NCBI GenBank assembly: GCA_964195905.1
Contig: CAXMQV010000058.1
Span: 21,865 to 85,864, forward strand
From: an uncultured Gammaproteobacteria bacterium
GTDB lineage: Bacteria > Actinomycetota > Acidimicrobiia > Spongiisociales > SHLN01
Length of the DNA stretch: 64,000 nucleotides
Direction of reading: 5' to 3'
The notes beneath the pieces are model-generated. The model saw nothing but the letters and a program-made list of their open reading frames with translations, searched no databases and had not been told where the DNA came from. The position numbers and the translations under genes were made by a program. Below are positions 39,762-49,570 of the stretch, piece after piece; position 1 is the stretch's first letter; each line of letters begins with the position of its first letter.

Positions 39762-40169
39762 GTTGATCGCAGCTAGGCGGCGAGCCGCACGGCTCGTTCG
39801 AGCAGTTGGATGAACTCGTCGACCGCCGGATCCTCCAGGTCCCGGATCGGAAGCTCGAGAGCTTCATCGAGCACCCGGCCGAGATCGGCCTCGACGTAGC
39901 GACTGCCCCGCAGCACCTCGGCAGCTGGGGCGGTGATCTCGGCTTCAGCGAGGACCTCATCGTCGAGATAGCGCCCGAAGCGCCTCTCTTCTTCCTTCCC
40001 CTTGAGGGGAAGGTGGCCTCGGCGCTTCGGCGAGGACGGATGGGGGGAGGCATTGAGTCCTCAGGTTCACGGTCTCCCCCACCCCGCCTCCTCCTTCGTC
40101 GGAGGCCGAACCCGGAGGGTTCGCCCCCTCACCTCATGGAGGGGAAGAAACACCCCGCCCACCTCGGGG

Positions 40170-40211
40170 CCGGTGACCGGTGACAGGTGACCGGTGACCG
40201 GTGACCGGTGA
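40170..40211. repeat. heptanucleotide microsatellite (CCGGTGA)x6
   Basis: ccggtga ccggtga caggtga ccggtga ccggtga ccggtga, 27 nt downstream of the SDR stop codon (40239); unit not divisible by 3. Confidence 0.8.
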
Positions 40212-40238
40212 CGACGGGTAGACACGCCGCAGGCGTTG

Positions 40239-41066
40239 CTACCCGTCCAAGAACCCGTCCAGCTGCAGCTCGGCGTTCTCGACGTAGCTGTAGGGCTCTA
40301 GGTCGGTGATGCCGGCTTCGGCGAGGACCTCGTCGTCGAGGTAGAAGTTGCCGGTCGCCTCACGGCTCGGGCGGGTGAAGATCTCATAGGCAGCGTCGGC
40401 GACGATCTCGGGACGACGGGAGCGTTTCATCGCTTCCTCGCCGCCGAGCAGGTTCTGCACCGCGGCGGTCGCTACCAGCGTCCTGGGCCACAGGCTGTTG
40501 ACGGCGATGCTGGCCGGCGCGAATTCGGCCGCCATGCCGAGGGTGCACATACTCATCCCGTACTTGGCGATCGTGTAGCCAAGGGTGTTCTGGAACCACT
40601 TCGGGTCCAGGTTGAGCGGCGGGCTCAGGTTGAGGATGTGAGGGTTCTCGGCTTCCTTCAGATAGCGAAGGCATGAACGCGACACCAGGTAGGTTCCCCG
40701 CGTGTTGATGTTCTGCATGAGGTCGAACACCTTCATCGACAGGTACTCGGTGTTCGACAGGTTGATGGCCGAGGCGTTGTTGACGCAAATGTCGATCCCA
40801 CCGAACTTCTCGACCGTCTTTTCGACGGCGTCCTCGACGTGATGGTCGAACCGAATATCGCCGACAATCGGGAGTGCCTGGCCGCCCGCTTCCTCGATCT
40901 CGGTGGCGGCCGTGTACACGGTTCCCGGCAGCTGCGGGTGCGGTTCGGCCGTCTTGGCAATCAGCGCCACGTTGGCGCCGTCGGCGGCTGCTCGCTTGGC
41001 GATGGCCAGCCCGATTCCTCGGCTGCCACCAGAAATGAACAGGGTCTTGCCTGCCAGTGCGCTCAC
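40239..41066 (-). CDS. SDR-family NAD(P)-dependent oxidoreductase
   Basis: TLFISGGSRGIGLAIA Rossmann, NNAS, YxxxK (YTIAKYG). Confidence 0.8.
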   Translation of the reverse strand: MSALAGKTLFISGGSRGIGLAIAKRAAADGANVALIAKTAEPHPQLPGTVYTAATEIEEAGGQALPIVGDIRFDHHVEDAVEKTVEKFGGIDICVNNASAINLSNTEYLSMKVFDLMQNINTRGTYLVSRSCLRYLKEAENPHILNLSPPLNLDPKWFQNTLGYTIAKYGMSMCTLGMAAEFAPASIAVNSLWPRTLVATAAVQNLLGGEEAMKRSRRPEIVADAAYEIFTRPSREATGNFYLDDEVLAEAGITDLEPYSYVENAELQLDGFLDG

Positions 41067-41094
41067 GTTGCCCTCCAGGATCTTTCGGCGAATC

Positions 41095-42213
41095 CTACGG
41101 TGAGGAGACCCCGGACCCGGCCGGCGCCGGCCGGGCCATCACCCGGCGGTAGAGGCGCAGAAACGGGTAAGTGGCAAGGGCAGGCCCGATGATCCAGACC
41201 GGACGGGTCAGCCACCACCCGAGAGTCGGCTCCCCCGGCGGCAAGTACTCGAAGGCCAGGTAGAGGGCGGCCACCACCAGCGCCATTCCGGTCGTGTGAA
41301 ATAGGTAGAGGCCCATGGAATTGGCGTTCACCCACGCCGAGAGACGCTTCCAACGCTCATCGGTGGCGAGCCGGTCGAGGACGAAGTCACGCATCAACAG
41401 CACCACCCCGATCTGGAGGATGGTCAGTGCCACGATGGCCAGGGTCGGGGGCCCCATATTGGAGAAGCGCTCGCCCGGCACACCCACCATCGACCGCGGG
41501 TAGAAGCCCATGTTGGTGAGCGCGATGAGGGCGAACAGCCCGCTCCACATCAGCGCCCATCCGGTCCGGCGGGGCGCCACGATGAGACGGTCGTAGAAGA
41601 AGCCGAGCTGGTGGGCCAGGCCCCAGATGACGAGGAAGTTGATCCAGGCCGCCCAGCCCTGGCCGTGGGTGAAGCGGAGGACGTCAAGGACGGCGGCGAG
41701 ACCCAGGAGCCAGACGATCACCAGCTCGCCCCACTTCCAGTGGGCGCGAACTGCCAGGGGGGCGATTGCCACCAGGACCAGATACACGATGATGAACCAG
41801 AGCGGCGACAGCACGAGGATCACCGCCGGCCATACCCATTCGGCGTCGATGGCCCCCCGCAGCACGAACCCGAGCGCCACCCAGGCGCCAATCAACCCGA
41901 CAACCGGCGGGAGGAGCCGCCGCATGCGCCGGGCCAGGAAGCGCCGCGAGGTCCCCGGCCGATAGTTGTCGAAGGCCCGGCGATGGGCAAACCCGCCCAC
42001 AAAAAAGAAAACTGGCATCACCTGGAGTACCCAGGTCATCGCCCACATACCCTTCAGGAAGCCGATCGGGTTGAGCGGGGCCACCTTGCTCTCGGTTATC
42101 ACGAGGATGGTGAACACCCAATGCCAGATCACCACCACCACGAGCGAAAAGGCCCGCAGGAAGTCGACGTACGGGTCCCTTCCGGTTCTGGTATCCGAGG
42201 GGGCAGCTGCCAT
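41095..42213 (-). CDS. acyltransferase-3 (OpgC/OafA-like) family membrane protein
   Basis: YVDFLRAFSLVVVVIWHW start region, ~10 TM; AAGGAG RBS 6 nt before ATG 42213. The 300-codon upstream extension is rejected. Confidence 0.7.
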   Translation of the reverse strand: MAAAPSDTRTGRDPYVDFLRAFSLVVVVIWHWVFTILVITESKVAPLNPIGFLKGMWAMTWVLQVMPVFFFVGGFAHRRAFDNYRPGTSRRFLARRMRRLLPPVVGLIGAWVALGFVLRGAIDAEWVWPAVILVLSPLWFIIVYLVLVAIAPLAVRAHWKWGELVIVWLLGLAAVLDVLRFTHGQGWAAWINFLVIWGLAHQLGFFYDRLIVAPRRTGWALMWSGLFALIALTNMGFYPRSMVGVPGERFSNMGPPTLAIVALTILQIGVVLLMRDFVLDRLATDERWKRLSAWVNANSMGLYLFHTTGMALVVAALYLAFEYLPPGEPTLGWWLTRPVWIIGPALATYPFLRLYRRVMARPAPAGSGVSSP

Positions 42214-42336
42214 GTGGCTCCTTTTCCCACTCCCTGTTTCGGTAGGCGACAATCGGGTCTGAAGTCCGCGTTCGATTATCGACGTTCCAGTCCGAAACGC
42301 CGTGGACCTAGCATCGGAGATCAATGAGGCACTCAG

Positions 42337-44154
42337 ATGTTTGACGATCCAGTTGTCCAGCTTGCCGGCATCGTGTTGCTGGCGGTGGCGGCCCAATGGA
42401 TTGGTGCCCGGTTCAGGATTCCATCGATTCTCCTGCTGCTTGGCGCCGGCTTCCTGATTGGCCCGGTGTTCGACATCCTCGATCCCGACGAGCTGTTCGG
42501 AGACCTGCTCGCCCCCACGGTGGCTCTGGCGGTCGGGCTGATTCTGTTTGAGGGCGGTCTCAGCCTGCGGCTCAAGGAGATGGCCGGCCAGCAGCGGGTC
42601 TTGTGGCTGCTCGTCACCGTTGGAGTCCTGATCACCTGGGTGATCGCCGCCGCCTTGGTGGTGCTGTTCACCGATATCCCGACCGGCGTAGCCATCCTGA
42701 TCGGCTCCATCCTGGTGGTGTCGGGGCCTACAGTGGTCGGACCGCTCCTCAACCAGGCCCGCCCGAGCCGATCGGTTGCATCGATCCTCAAGTGGGAGAG
42801 CATCTTCATAGACCCGGTCGGCGCCCTCCTGGCCGTCCTCACCTTCGAGGTGCTGCTGGTCGATCGAGTCCTCGACCCCGACGTTGGCCAGGTCATCTGG
42901 GAGGTCGTCCAGTTCATACTGGCGGGCGGTCTCGTCGGCGTCGGAGTGGGAGTCCTGGCCATCGTCGCTCTCCGTCGCCACTGGGTACCCGAACACCTGC
43001 TCTCCCTCTTCGGGGTGAGCGCGGCTCTGCTGGCGTTCGTTGTGGCCGGCGAGTTCGCGGCCGAGTCCGGCCTGCTGGCGACCACCATTCTCGGGCTGGT
43101 GCTCGCCAATCATCGACAAGTTCGGACCGAGCAAATCGTTCGCTTCTCAGAGATCATCAGGGTTCTGTTGATCGGCGTCCTCTTCATCGTGCTCAGCGCC
43201 CGCCTCGATCTTGATCAGCTAGACCTGAATCTCGCCGCCACCGTCGCCATCATCCTCGGGTTGGTGCTGGTGGCCCGGCCCCTCGTCGTGGTGGTAGCCA
43301 CCTGGCGCTCAAAGCTCGACTGGCGGGAGCGAATCCTGATCGGGTCGGTGGCGCCGCGCGGGATTGTGGCGGCGTCGATCGCTTCGGTCTTCGCCCTCGA
43401 GCTCCAGGCCGAGGGTGTAGTGGGAGCCGAGGAGATCACGCCGCTTGTGTTCGCGGTCATCGTCGGAACCGTTGTCATCTACGGGCTCGGTATGGCCCCG
43501 CTCGCCCGGCGCCTCGGGCTGGCCCAGCGCCATCAGGAAGGCGCCCTCATTCTGGGAGCGGGGCCGGTCGAGCGCGCCATCGGCCGCGCCCTGGCTGCGG
43601 CAGGGGTCACGGTGGTGGTCGCCACGACTAATCGGCGCGACCACTACGTTGCGCGGATGGAGGAGCTCCGGTCGTTCTACGGAAACCTGCTCGACCGCGA
43701 TGTGGAGCTCGATCTCGATCTCTCGGGGATCGGACGTCTGCTCGCTCTAACGCCCAATGACGACGTCAACACGCTGGCGAGCGCTCACTTTGCCGAGGGA
43801 TTCGGAGGCGCTCACGTGTATCAGCTCCACGCGGAGAAACTGCCCGCCGGCATCGATTCGAATCCGGCGGCCGATCTGGGAGGCCGTTTTCTGTTCCACC
43901 CCGAGCTCGACTATCACGCCTTTTCGTCCGCTCTCGAGAATGACGGCCAGATCCGGCGCACGACGCTCAGCGATGAGTACACGCCCGAGGACTTCGCCGC
44001 CTCGAACGAGGGTGCGATACCGCTGTTCATCGTCCGGACCGGGGGGCGGCTCTCGATCGTCCTGAGCGGTTCGGCCGATCCGCTGGCCGGCGCCGGAAGT
44101 GGAGACACGATTGTCGCGCTCGTTGGCGGCGGCGATACCGGCGAGTCGGAGTAA
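42337..44154 (+). CDS. cation:proton antiporter (CPA1/NhaP-type) with C-terminal regulatory domain
   Basis: 12-13 TM transporter core (LLLLGAGFLIGPV, ILFEGGLSL), ~200-aa soluble C-terminus. Confidence 0.8.
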   Translation: MFDDPVVQLAGIVLLAVAAQWIGARFRIPSILLLLGAGFLIGPVFDILDPDELFGDLLAPTVALAVGLILFEGGLSLRLKEMAGQQRVLWLLVTVGVLITWVIAAALVVLFTDIPTGVAILIGSILVVSGPTVVGPLLNQARPSRSVASILKWESIFIDPVGALLAVLTFEVLLVDRVLDPDVGQVIWEVVQFILAGGLVGVGVGVLAIVALRRHWVPEHLLSLFGVSAALLAFVVAGEFAAESGLLATTILGLVLANHRQVRTEQIVRFSEIIRVLLIGVLFIVLSARLDLDQLDLNLAATVAIILGLVLVARPLVVVVATWRSKLDWRERILIGSVAPRGIVAASIASVFALELQAEGVVGAEEITPLVFAVIVGTVVIYGLGMAPLARRLGLAQRHQEGALILGAGPVERAIGRALAAAGVTVVVATTNRRDHYVARMEELRSFYGNLLDRDVELDLDLSGIGRLLALTPNDDVNTLASAHFAEGFGGAHVYQLHAEKLPAGIDSNPAADLGGRFLFHPELDYHAFSSALENDGQIRRTTLSDEYTPEDFAASNEGAIPLFIVRTGGRLSIVLSGSADPLAGAGSGDTIVALVGGGDTGESE

Positions 44155-44163
44155 CGTCGCCTC

Positions 44164-45036
44164 ATGCCAACGCTCGAGATCATCGATCTGGATGGCCCCG
44201 TTCACTACGCCGACTATGGCGGTGAGGGATCTCCCCTCGTTTTGGTCCACGGCCTCGGTGGGTCCCACCTCAACTGGCTGCACGTCGCCCACCGGATGAC
44301 CGAACGGCATCGGGTGGTAGCCGTCGACCTGGCAGGTTTTGGGCTCACACCCCCGGCCGGGCGAAAAGCCACGGTCCAGGCCAACCAGCGCCTCCTCGAC
44401 GAGTTCATCGCCGCCGTCTCACCAGAGAAGCCTGTGACTCTGATCGGTAACTCGATGGGCGGCCTCGTTTCGATCTTGCAGGCCGCCGCCAACCCGGCCA
44501 GCGTGACGGCACTCGTGCTGGTCAATCCGGCGCTGCCTATCGCCGATGCCGGGGCCGTCAATGTGTTCACGCTTCAGCGACTGGTCGTTCCCCTCATTCC
44601 CGGCGTCGGGGAAGCGGCGATGAGTCGCTACTACGCCAGGGCTACGCCCGAAGAGCAGCTCGACCAGACGCTGGCGGCGGTGACGGCCGATCCCACCAGC
44701 CTCCCAACGGAGGGACGCGAGCTCAATCTCGAGATGATCCGGCTCCGTAAACAGATGGATTGGGCGGTCCCGTCTTTCCTCCAGGCCTCCCGATCCATTG
44801 CCGGCGTGCTGGTGCGACGCAATCAGTTCCGCAGGACAATGGCAGCCGTCGGCTGCCCGGTGCTTCTCATCCATGGAGATGAGGACACCATCGTTTCCCC
44901 GGCCTCGGCGAGATGGGCTAAAGAGCAACGGCCCGAATGGAGGCTCGAGTTGCTGGCCGGCGTTGGCCACGTGCCCCAGCTCGAGGCACCCGAGCTGTTC
45001 GGAGATCTCGTCGAGGGCTTCCTGGGCTCTCTCTAA
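44164..45036 (+). CDS. alpha/beta-fold hydrolase
   Basis: HGLGGS oxyanion region, nucleophile elbow GNSMGG, C-terminal His. Confidence 0.75.
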   Translation: MPTLEIIDLDGPVHYADYGGEGSPLVLVHGLGGSHLNWLHVAHRMTERHRVVAVDLAGFGLTPPAGRKATVQANQRLLDEFIAAVSPEKPVTLIGNSMGGLVSILQAAANPASVTALVLVNPALPIADAGAVNVFTLQRLVVPLIPGVGEAAMSRYYARATPEEQLDQTLAAVTADPTSLPTEGRELNLEMIRLRKQMDWAVPSFLQASRSIAGVLVRRNQFRRTMAAVGCPVLLIHGDEDTIVSPASARWAKEQRPEWRLELLAGVGHVPQLEAPELFGDLVEGFLGSL

Positions 45037-45037
45037 C

Positions 45038-45280
45038 TCAGCCGGGCGGGGGTTGGCGCAGCGCCACAAGAACGCCGAGGAGTGGACCAGCTCCCAATAC
45101 GAGCACGGCGATTGTCCCGACCAGCGCGTTCTCCTCAAACACCTGGGCGGGGGTGGCCTCGTAGCCATCCTCGATGCCCGAGAAGATGACCACGTTGATC
45201 GAGGCGATGGCGCCGAGGACAAGGCCGATGAGAGCCCCGAAGACCACCCGGGTGACAATGCGGCGGCGCGTCAGCGACAT
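45038..45280 (-). CDS. small two-TM membrane protein (hypothetical)
   Basis: 80 aa, two hydrophobic helices; tightly packed after the hydrolase gene. Confidence 0.3.
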   Translation of the reverse strand: MSLTRRRIVTRVVFGALIGLVLGAIASINVVIFSGIEDGYEATPAQVFEENALVGTIAVLVLGAGPLLGVLVALRQPPPG

Positions 45281-45381
45281 GTTGCCAGCATCCTCCCGGC
45301 TGCGGATGGGCGACTAGAGGCGTTGTCCCCCGATGGGCCTCCCGATGGTGTGCGGGGCCGTTTGCTCGCCCTCCAGCGGGT

Positions 45382-46227
45382 TCAGTTGACGGAGCGCCGG
45401 TAGAGGCGGATCGAGAGCGGTACGAAGACCGCCAGGATGAGCCCCGAGTAGAAGAGGGACAGAAACACCTGGCCGAGGACCGTGCTGCCCGGCAGCAAGG
45501 CTCCCTCCCCGAGGATCAAGCCACGCAGCGCATCAACGGTTACGGTGACCGGCTGGTTGTCGGCGAAGCTGCGCAGCCAGCTCGGCATCGTCTGGGTGGG
45601 AACAAACACCGAACTGGCGAACACGAGCGGGAAGACCGGAAGGAACGTGGCAGCCTGCACGGCCTCGGGATTCTTCACGAGCAGGCCGATGGTGGCCATG
45701 ATCCACGAGAACGCGAACGAGAAGACCATGGCAAGTGCCAGGCCGCCCAGCAACCCGGCGAAGCTCGTCTGGTATCGGAACCCGATCACGAACCCCGCGA
45801 CGAGCATGAGACCGATCACGAAGCCGTTGCGGATGAGGTCCGAGAAGGTGCGACCGGCCAGTACGGCAGATCGGGCCATCGGGAGGGAGCGAAACCGATC
45901 GATGACACCTTTGGCCAGATCCTCAGTGAGCCCAAAGGCAGTTTGGCCGGCGCCAAAAGCGGCGGTTTGCACCAGCAGGCCGGGGATAAGCCAATTGACG
46001 TATTCGCCGGCGGCCGCATCGGGAAGGCTTCCGCCGATGGCCCCGCCGAACACGTAGGTGAACAAGAGCAGGAACATGATCGGCTGAATCGTCGAAAACA
46101 CGATCAACTGAGGCAGCCGCACGTTACGCAGCAGATTGCGCTTGGTGATCACGATGATGTCGCGAATGGTTCGTGGAAGCGACGCCGCCACCCGTCCCGG
46201 CTTGGTCGGTGCGATGACTGCGGTCAT
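45382..46227 (-). CDS. ABC-2 type transporter permease
   Basis: 6-TM ABC-2 profile; ATGA overlap with upstream ATPase. Confidence 0.75.
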   Translation of the reverse strand: MTAVIAPTKPGRVAASLPRTIRDIIVITKRNLLRNVRLPQLIVFSTIQPIMFLLLFTYVFGGAIGGSLPDAAAGEYVNWLIPGLLVQTAAFGAGQTAFGLTEDLAKGVIDRFRSLPMARSAVLAGRTFSDLIRNGFVIGLMLVAGFVIGFRYQTSFAGLLGGLALAMVFSFAFSWIMATIGLLVKNPEAVQAATFLPVFPLVFASSVFVPTQTMPSWLRSFADNQPVTVTVDALRGLILGEGALLPGSTVLGQVFLSLFYSGLILAVFVPLSIRLYRRSVN

Positions 46228-47231
46228 GATTTCCTCCTGCGACGACCTCTGCGGCCGGTCGGTGGTGGTCCTTCGTCCAGTGTCTCGCTCTCGGCGGCGT
46301 GACCGGTGAGGGTCAGGAACACGTCATCGAGGCTCGGCTTGTGAAGGGCTATGTCGTTGGGAATGATCGAAGCCGAATCGAGGGTCCGCACCACCTCGGT
46401 GAGTGTCCTGGCTCCGTCGATGGCGGGAATCGTTATCTCACGGGTCATGGTGTGGACCAACGGCTCGGATCCGGAGATGGTCCGGAGCGCGTCGATGGTC
46501 TCGGTCTGTCGATCTTCGGGAACGCTCAACTCGATGACTGAACCGCCCAGCGTGTCCTTGAGATCGTCTGAGGTACCTTCGGAGATGAGCCGGCCCTCGT
46601 CGATGACCGCGATACGGTCGGCCAGTTGATCAGCCTCATCGAGATACTGGGTCGTGAGCAGCACGGTGGTGCCGCCCTTCACCAGGTCACCGATGAGGTC
46701 CCACACGTCGATGCGGCTGCGGGGGTCGATACCGGTGGTCGGCTCATCGAGGAAAAGCACTTCTGGTCGGCCGGTGAGCGAGGCGGCCAGGTCGAGGCGC
46801 CGCTGCATGCCACCCGAGTAGGTTTTCACCTGCCGGTCGGCGGCATCGGCCAGGCCAATGCGGTCGAGCACTTCAGCGGCGCGGTGCTTGGAGTCGGCGA
46901 TTGACAATCCGTACAGCCTCCCGACCATCTCGACGTTCTCACGGCCCGTCAGGTATTCGTCGACCGCGGCGAATTGCCCGGCCAGGCCGATCTTGGTGCG
47001 AGCCATCTTGGGATCCGCCAGCACATCGACGCCGGCTACCTCGGCCCGCCCCGAATCGGGACGGAGCAGGGTGGTGAGCACGCGAATCAGCGTGGTCTTG
47101 CCGGCGCCGTTCGGGCCGAGCAAGCCGTAGATGATGCCCGGTTCGAATTCGAGCGTGACGTTGTCGAGCGCCTTCACGGTGTCACCGAATGTCTTCGAGA
47201 TGCCTTCGACGCGCACAATTGGTGTCGTCAT
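46224..47231 (-). CDS. ABC transporter ATP-binding protein (DrrA-like)
   Basis: Walker A GPNGAGKTT, signature YSGGMQRR, Walker B LFLDEPT; start at internal ATG 47231. The 169-codon extension is rejected. Confidence 0.85.
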   Translation of the reverse strand: MTTPIVRVEGISKTFGDTVKALDNVTLEFEPGIIYGLLGPNGAGKTTLIRVLTTLLRPDSGRAEVAGVDVLADPKMARTKIGLAGQFAAVDEYLTGRENVEMVGRLYGLSIADSKHRAAEVLDRIGLADAADRQVKTYSGGMQRRLDLAASLTGRPEVLFLDEPTTGIDPRSRIDVWDLIGDLVKGGTTVLLTTQYLDEADQLADRIAVIDEGRLISEGTSDDLKDTLGGSVIELSVPEDRQTETIDALRTISGSEPLVHTMTREITIPAIDGARTLTEVVRTLDSASIIPNDIALHKPSLDDVFLTLTGHAAESETLDEGPPPTGRRGRRRRKS

Positions 47232-47317
47232 GGAATTGTGCCTTCTTGTTGCAGAGGGATCGGAGATTAGGCCGTCGTCGACCGGTATCCCGCCATCAGC
47301 CGGTTCGGAGCTTCGAC

Positions 47318-47785
47318 CTAACCGCCCTCGGTGAGACCGAGGGGGTCGCGCCAGTTGGGAAAGTCGGGAGCTTCCTCTTCCAGCCCCCGCAGATAGGTGG
47401 TGACGGCCTGGATTTGCTCGAGTGTCAACGAACCGCCGAAATCGAGCGAGTAGGCACTCATCTGGGAGCCGGGAACTCCGACTGAGATCAACGCCGAGAT
47501 CTGCTCGTCGTTGGCCGCCTCCAGGAACTGCTTCGAATTGAGGGCGGGAGCAGTCCCGCCCATTCCGTCGATGCCGTGACAGGCCGTGCAGTTGCCGGAG
47601 AACAGGTCGGCCCCCTGCTCGGCCAGGAAGCCCAGCTGAGCTTCCCGATCGGCGTCTCGATTCGACGGCTCGAAAAAGCGGTACACCGGAAAGATGAGCG
47701 CCATCGCCAGCATGATGCCGACTCCCCACGCCATCCACTTGTTGGTTGATTGCTCGAGGGCTTCGTCGATGGGGCGTTCAGGCAT
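47318..47785 (-). CDS. monoheme c-type cytochrome, N-terminal TM anchor (last gene of the Rieske/cyt b operon)
   Basis: Single CTACHG heme motif, downstream Met ligand region; GGAGAG RBS; 8-nt overlap with Rieske gene. Confidence 0.7.
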   Translation of the reverse strand: MPERPIDEALEQSTNKWMAWGVGIMLAMALIFPVYRFFEPSNRDADREAQLGFLAEQGADLFSGNCTACHGIDGMGGTAPALNSKQFLEAANDEQISALISVGVPGSQMSAYSLDFGGSLTLEQIQAVTTYLRGLEEEAPDFPNWRDPLGLTEGG

Positions 47786-48281
47786 GGTTCTCTCCACACG
47801 CCGGGCCACGGGGCGGCTCATTGATGGTCTCGGTCCCGGGCGATACTCCCGTGATTGTCTCGCCGGTGTCGATTTCAATGACTCCGTCGACGATTTCCAC
47901 CTTGTACATGTCCATGCCCCGCGGGGCAGGCCCGGTCTTATGGTCGCCTGCCCGGTTGAACACGGTCCCGTGACAGGGGCACTCGAACTGACCGGACGAG
48001 TCGCAGAATGGGACCCGGCACCCGAGATGAGTGCACTTCTCAGATAGCGCGACCACCTCGCCGTTGATCTTCGTGAGGTAGGCGCGGGCCTCGGGGATCT
48101 CCAGGACGGTATTGGCCGGCACCTGGTCTGGGGACACGGTCTTCACCTTGGCCGCAAAGCCCGCTCCCAACCGGGGTTTCAGCAGGTCCCAGGTAGTCCA
48201 GGCTCCGGCCGCCGCCAGCAGGGTGGCCCCCACTTTCCATCCCTGGGCCAGGAAGGCCCGTCTGTCGAGGGCGTCACTCAT
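47778..48281 (-). CDS. Rieske [2Fe-2S] protein, TAT signal
   Basis: RRAFLAQG twin-Arg; CTHLGC ... CPCHGT cluster boxes; ATGA overlap with cytochrome b stop. Confidence 0.85.
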   Translation of the reverse strand: MSDALDRRAFLAQGWKVGATLLAAAGAWTTWDLLKPRLGAGFAAKVKTVSPDQVPANTVLEIPEARAYLTKINGEVVALSEKCTHLGCRVPFCDSSGQFECPCHGTVFNRAGDHKTGPAPRGMDMYKVEIVDGVIEIDTGETITGVSPGTETINEPPRGPACGENHA

Positions 48282-49570
48282 AATTCACCATGCCATTCCT
48301 GCCACGGCCACACCCAGGACCAGCTCGGCCCTCGGAAGGCGAATCCAACCAACGTCAAAATGATCCAGATAACCAGGAAGATGGTGAACGTGATCCGGGC
48401 AATGCGGCGGAACTCGGGGGTGAGCCGCGGGTTGCGGTCCAGGTAGGGAAGCGCCATCAGTCCCATCACAATGGCCCCCGGCACCAGGACCCCGGCTACT
48501 AGGGGATGGAAGTGGGCCAGCAGCTCCTGGAGGGCGGCGAAGTACCACGGCGCCTTCTCAGGGTTGGGGGTGTTGGTCGGGTTGGCGATCTCTCGCAACG
48601 GGGCATCGAAGGTGAGCGCGATGAGCAGCACAACAAACAGCACCGCCAGCGCCGCTACCGCGTGCCGGACCAGCAGGTGCGGCCACACCATGACAGGGTC
48701 GTCGTCCGATAGCACCTTGCGATCTCCGGCCGCCGGCTTCCCGGGAACAACGCCTAGCACTCGCTTGCCCTCGACGACCACAGGCTCACCGTTGGCGGGT
48801 GCGGTCATGGCCAGTCCCGGTTGCAACTTGGCGACGGGCGCGTCCGGATCGCCGATGGCGTCAGTGGTGAGCATCGAATCTTTGCGCCAGCGCCACAGAT
48901 GCGCCGTCACCAGGGCAACCAGAGCCACGGGCAAGACGGCCACGTGCAGCACATAGAACCGGAGCAGGGTGGCCGAGCCGACGGTGGGACCACCCAGCAT
49001 GAGCTCCTGGACCTGGTCGCCGATGAGGGGCACATAGGCGGCCATGGCGGTACCGACCGTCACCGCCCAGTAAGCCAGCTGGTCCCACGGGAGTAGATAC
49101 CCGGTGAACGAGAGCAGCAGCGTGACCACCAGCAGCAGCACGCCGATGACCCAGTTGAATTCCTTCGGTGACTTGTAGGCGCCGCGGTAGAAGACCCTGG
49201 CCATATGAGCGGCGACGGCCAGCACCATGAGGTGCGCCGACCAGCGGTGGACGTTGCGGATGTACTGGCCGAACGCCACCTCGGTCTGAATCGACTGGAT
49301 GTCGCCGTAGGCGTTGGCCGGCGACGGCACGTAGAAGAACATCAGGTAGATGCCCGATACCAGCAGCGAGCCGAACAGAACCAACGAGGCAACGCCCAGA
49401 AATGCCGAGTACTTGAAAGTGAGTTCGACCCGGCGCACCTTGACGGGATAGAGGTGCATGAGAAAACTGGCCCAATGACCGGCGGCCCGGTCTCGCTCGG
49501 TTACCCGGTCCGGAATCCGGAAGATCGACCGGCCGACGGTCGTGTCTCTGACGCGTTCTTTTAGGTTCAC
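48278..49570 (-). CDS. cytochrome b (fused b6/subunit-IV-like, Qcr/Pet type)
   Basis: ~430 aa, 8+ TM, heme-ligand His pairs (RNVHRWSAH..., ...HVAVLP); GTG start overlapping the TGA of the upstream gene (GTGA). Confidence 0.85.
   Translation of the reverse strand: MNLKERVRDTTVGRSIFRIPDRVTERDRAAGHWASFLMHLYPVKVRRVELTFKYSAFLGVASLVLFGSLLVSGIYLMFFYVPSPANAYGDIQSIQTEVAFGQYIRNVHRWSAHLMVLAVAAHMARVFYRGAYKSPKEFNWVIGVLLLVVTLLLSFTGYLLPWDQLAYWAVTVGTAMAAYVPLIGDQVQELMLGGPTVGSATLLRFYVLHVAVLPVALVALVTAHLWRWRKDSMLTTDAIGDPDAPVAKLQPGLAMTAPANGEPVVVEGKRVLGVVPGKPAAGDRKVLSDDDPVMVWPHLLVRHAVAALAVLFVVLLIALTFDAPLREIANPTNTPNPEKAPWYFAALQELLAHFHPLVAGVLVPGAIVMGLMALPYLDRNPRLTPEFRRIARITFTIFLVIWIILTLVGFAFRGPSWSWVWPWQEWHGEL

Noticed and set aside
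42214-43134. 300-codon N-terminal extension of the acyltransferase-3 ORF
   Set aside because: Highly charged low-complexity sequence antisense to the NhaP gene. A strong RBS precedes the internal ATG 42213.
47232-47738. 169-codon extension of the ABC ATPase ORF
   Set aside because: The Walker A domain starts right after the internal ATG 47231. The extension overlaps the cytochrome c gene on the same strand in another frame.
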